Source: Abditibacterium sp. (GTDB lineage Bacteria > Armatimonadota > Abditibacteriia > Abditibacteriales > Abditibacteriaceae). From it: DNA of 64,000 bases. Below, one piece after another: positions 62,373 through 64,000 of this stretch. The stretch is taken from assembly GCA_965246885.1 (NCBI GenBank), contig OZ251992.1, forward strand, positions 1,440,001 through 1,504,000, in the 5' to 3' direction. Numbering within the stretch: the first letter of the stretch is position 1; each line of letters begins with the position of its first letter. Under the pieces are notes generated by a model that was given only the letters and a program-made list of their open reading frames with translations, did not search any database and was not told where the DNA came from. Made by a program: the position numbers and the translations under genes.

Positions 62373-62423
62373 TGGAATGACAAAGTTTCGCTTTCTATTT
62401 GCCCTCTCCAGTATAATGCGGGG

Positions 62424-63542
62424 GTGAAAATCTTGGGGATGATGGCGGGCACGTCGCTCGACGGCATAGATGCGGCTTTGTGCGACATCACGGGAAGCGG
62501 CGCGGGCTTGCAAAGTCGGTTGCTCGCGTTTGAATGTGTGCCGTATGAAGCCCCACTTCGCGCGAGGTTGGCGCGGGCGTGTGCGAACGAGGCCGATGTG
62601 CGCGAGGTCGCGCGCCTCAACATTGAGGTTGGCGAAGCGTTCGCGCGGGCCGCCAACGCCATCTTCGCCGCGCACGGACGCGCGGAAGTCATCGCGTCGC
62701 ATGGGCAAACCGTCGCGCATCTGCCCGATGAGAATGCGAGTTTGCAAATCGGCGAAGGCGCGGTGATTGCCGAGCGAACCGGGGCGACCGTTGTGTGCAA
62801 CTTCCGCGCGCGCGACATGGCGGCGGGCGGGCAGGGTGCGCCGCTTGTGCCGTATGCCGATTGGGTGCTGCTGCGGCACGCCACCAAAAACCGCGTCGCG
62901 CTCAACATCGGCGGCATCGCCAACGTCTCGACCTTGCCCGCAAACTGCGCCCTCAAAGACGTGCGCGCGTGGGATACCGGGCCGGGGAACATGGCCATTG
63001 ACCACCTCGCGCAAACGCTTTTTGGCGTGGCCTTCGACAAAGACGGCGACTTGGCGGCGCGCGGCGTGCCCGCGCCGATGGAGTTGGGCGCCGTGCATCC
63101 GTTTTTCGCGCAAGGGCCGCCCAAGTCGGCGGGGCGCGAGCAGTTCGGCGCCGACTTCGCCGCGCGTTTTGGCGGCGCTCCGCACGACGCCTTGGCAAGT
63201 GCAACGTGGCTGACGGCCCATTCCATCGCCGCGTCGGTCGCGGCGTGCGCGGGCTTCGACGGCGATTATGAGATGGTAGCGTCTGGCGGCGGCGTCCATA
63301 ACGCGACACTGATGCGCATACTCGCCGAACAAATCGCGCCCGCGCCGTTGCTCACGCTCGACGCTCTCGGCATCAACCCCGACTCCAAGGAAGCGCTCGC
63401 TTTCGCGGTTTTGGGAAGCGAGACGCTGCGCGGAGTAAAAACTTCGGTTCCCGGCGCGACCGGCGCAAGCGGCGCGCGCGTGTTAGGCCAAATCATCCCC
63501 GGAAACGGCGCGGCGCACTTCGGTGAGTTGACCGAGCAGTAA
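62424..63542 (+). CDS. anmK: Anhydro-N-acetylmuramic acid kinase
   Basis: GTSLDGID, SHGQT, GGQGAPLVP, NIGGIAN, DTGPGN and KEALAFA motifs; TATAAT just upstream. Confidence 0.95.
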   Translation: MKILGMMAGTSLDGIDAALCDITGSGAGLQSRLLAFECVPYEAPLRARLARACANEADVREVARLNIEVGEAFARAANAIFAAHGRAEVIASHGQTVAHLPDENASLQIGEGAVIAERTGATVVCNFRARDMAAGGQGAPLVPYADWVLLRHATKNRVALNIGGIANVSTLPANCALKDVRAWDTGPGNMAIDHLAQTLFGVAFDKDGDLAARGVPAPMELGAVHPFFAQGPPKSAGREQFGADFAARFGGAPHDALASATWLTAHSIAASVAACAGFDGDYEMVASGGGVHNATLMRILAEQIAPAPLLTLDALGINPDSKEALAFAVLGSETLRGVKTSVPGATGASGARVLGQIIPGNGAAHFGELTEQ

Positions 63543-63719
63543 CCCGACTTCCACCGCGTCGCCCTGTTTGGGGTTGGGATAAACGGATTCCGCCCCGATG
63601 CGAGAAGTTTTGGGCGCCGCGTCGGGTTTGGCATCGAGCGAAAAGGAAAGGTCGTAGAACAGTTGTCCGTGAATGTCCACGAGTTGAACGCGAAGCAAAG
63701 TCGCGCGTTGAGGTTTCAT
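63483..63719 (-). CDS. Small hypothetical protein
   Basis: 78-aa ORF with protein-like composition, overlapping the 3' end of anmK. Confidence 0.55.
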   Translation of the reverse strand: MKPQRATLLRVQLVDIHGQLFYDLSFSLDAKPDAAPKTSRIGAESVYPNPKQGDAVEVGLLLGQLTEVRRAVSGDDLA

Positions 63720-63784
63720 GAGGGGAAGTGTGACGCGCGGCGCGGTCGAGGAGTAACTCTGTGACGTGCGGTGGTAGGTGGGAA

Positions 63785-63934
63785 ACGGGGAACTGAAATC
63801 CCCGGCAACCGGGCGCGAGCGCCCAAGCGTTCTCCGAACGCGCTGCCCAATAACGCTCCCAAAGCCGCCGCGTCCGGCAGGACGCTTGGGCGCTCGCGCC
63901 CGGTTGCCGGGGATTGGGGATTTCAGTTCCCCGT
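63785..63934. repeat. ~150-bp long inverted repeat
   Basis: ACGGGGAACTGAAATCCCCGGCAACCGGGCGCGAGCGCCCAAGCGT ... ACGCTTGGGCGCTCGCGCCCGGTTGCCGGGGATTGGGGATTTCAGTTCCCCGT. Confidence 0.85.
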
Positions 63935-63956
63935 CAGAGAGGCAAGGCGAACAAAA

Positions 63957-63987
63957 AGAAAACCGCCCTGTGGAAGGGCGGTTTTCT
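63957..63987. terminator. Bidirectional terminator
   Basis: AGAAAACCGCCCT-gtgga-AGGGCGGTTTTCT. Confidence 0.75.
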
Positions 63988-64000
63988 GGTCTACGGTTGA

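Overview
High-GC bacterial chromosomal window. The gene content (DUF1559 prepilin-like protein, Firmicutes-like rsmD neighbourhood, FemAB-type transferase) suggests an Armatimonadota/Abditibacteriota-like organism, but this is inference only. Most genes are housekeeping (rsmD, thrC-like, pabB-like, gltB, pgi, alr, rnd, comF, ilvB, phosphomannomutase, ygfZ, rfbD, mgsA, hemB, anmK), with one tRNA-Leu(TAG) and many intergenic palindromic or tandem repeats. No CRISPR array, rRNA, transposase or integrase was seen. The most notable observations are: (1) a promoter, a ~61-nt Y-RNA-like hairpin and an intrinsic terminator placed directly in front of a 697-aa helical+TerD-domain gene; (2) two paralogous secreted proteins that share a C-terminal module and sigma54-like upstream regions, flanking a small ORF with a lasso-type leader but a non-lasso core; (3) a tandem MoaD/ubiquitin-like protein in a thrC-like/NIL operon; (4) a tRNA-Leu lacking the long variable arm; (5) a convergent DUF488 plus partner gene pair; (6) several dispersed repeat families. 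All product calls come from motif recognition by eye, not from database searches.
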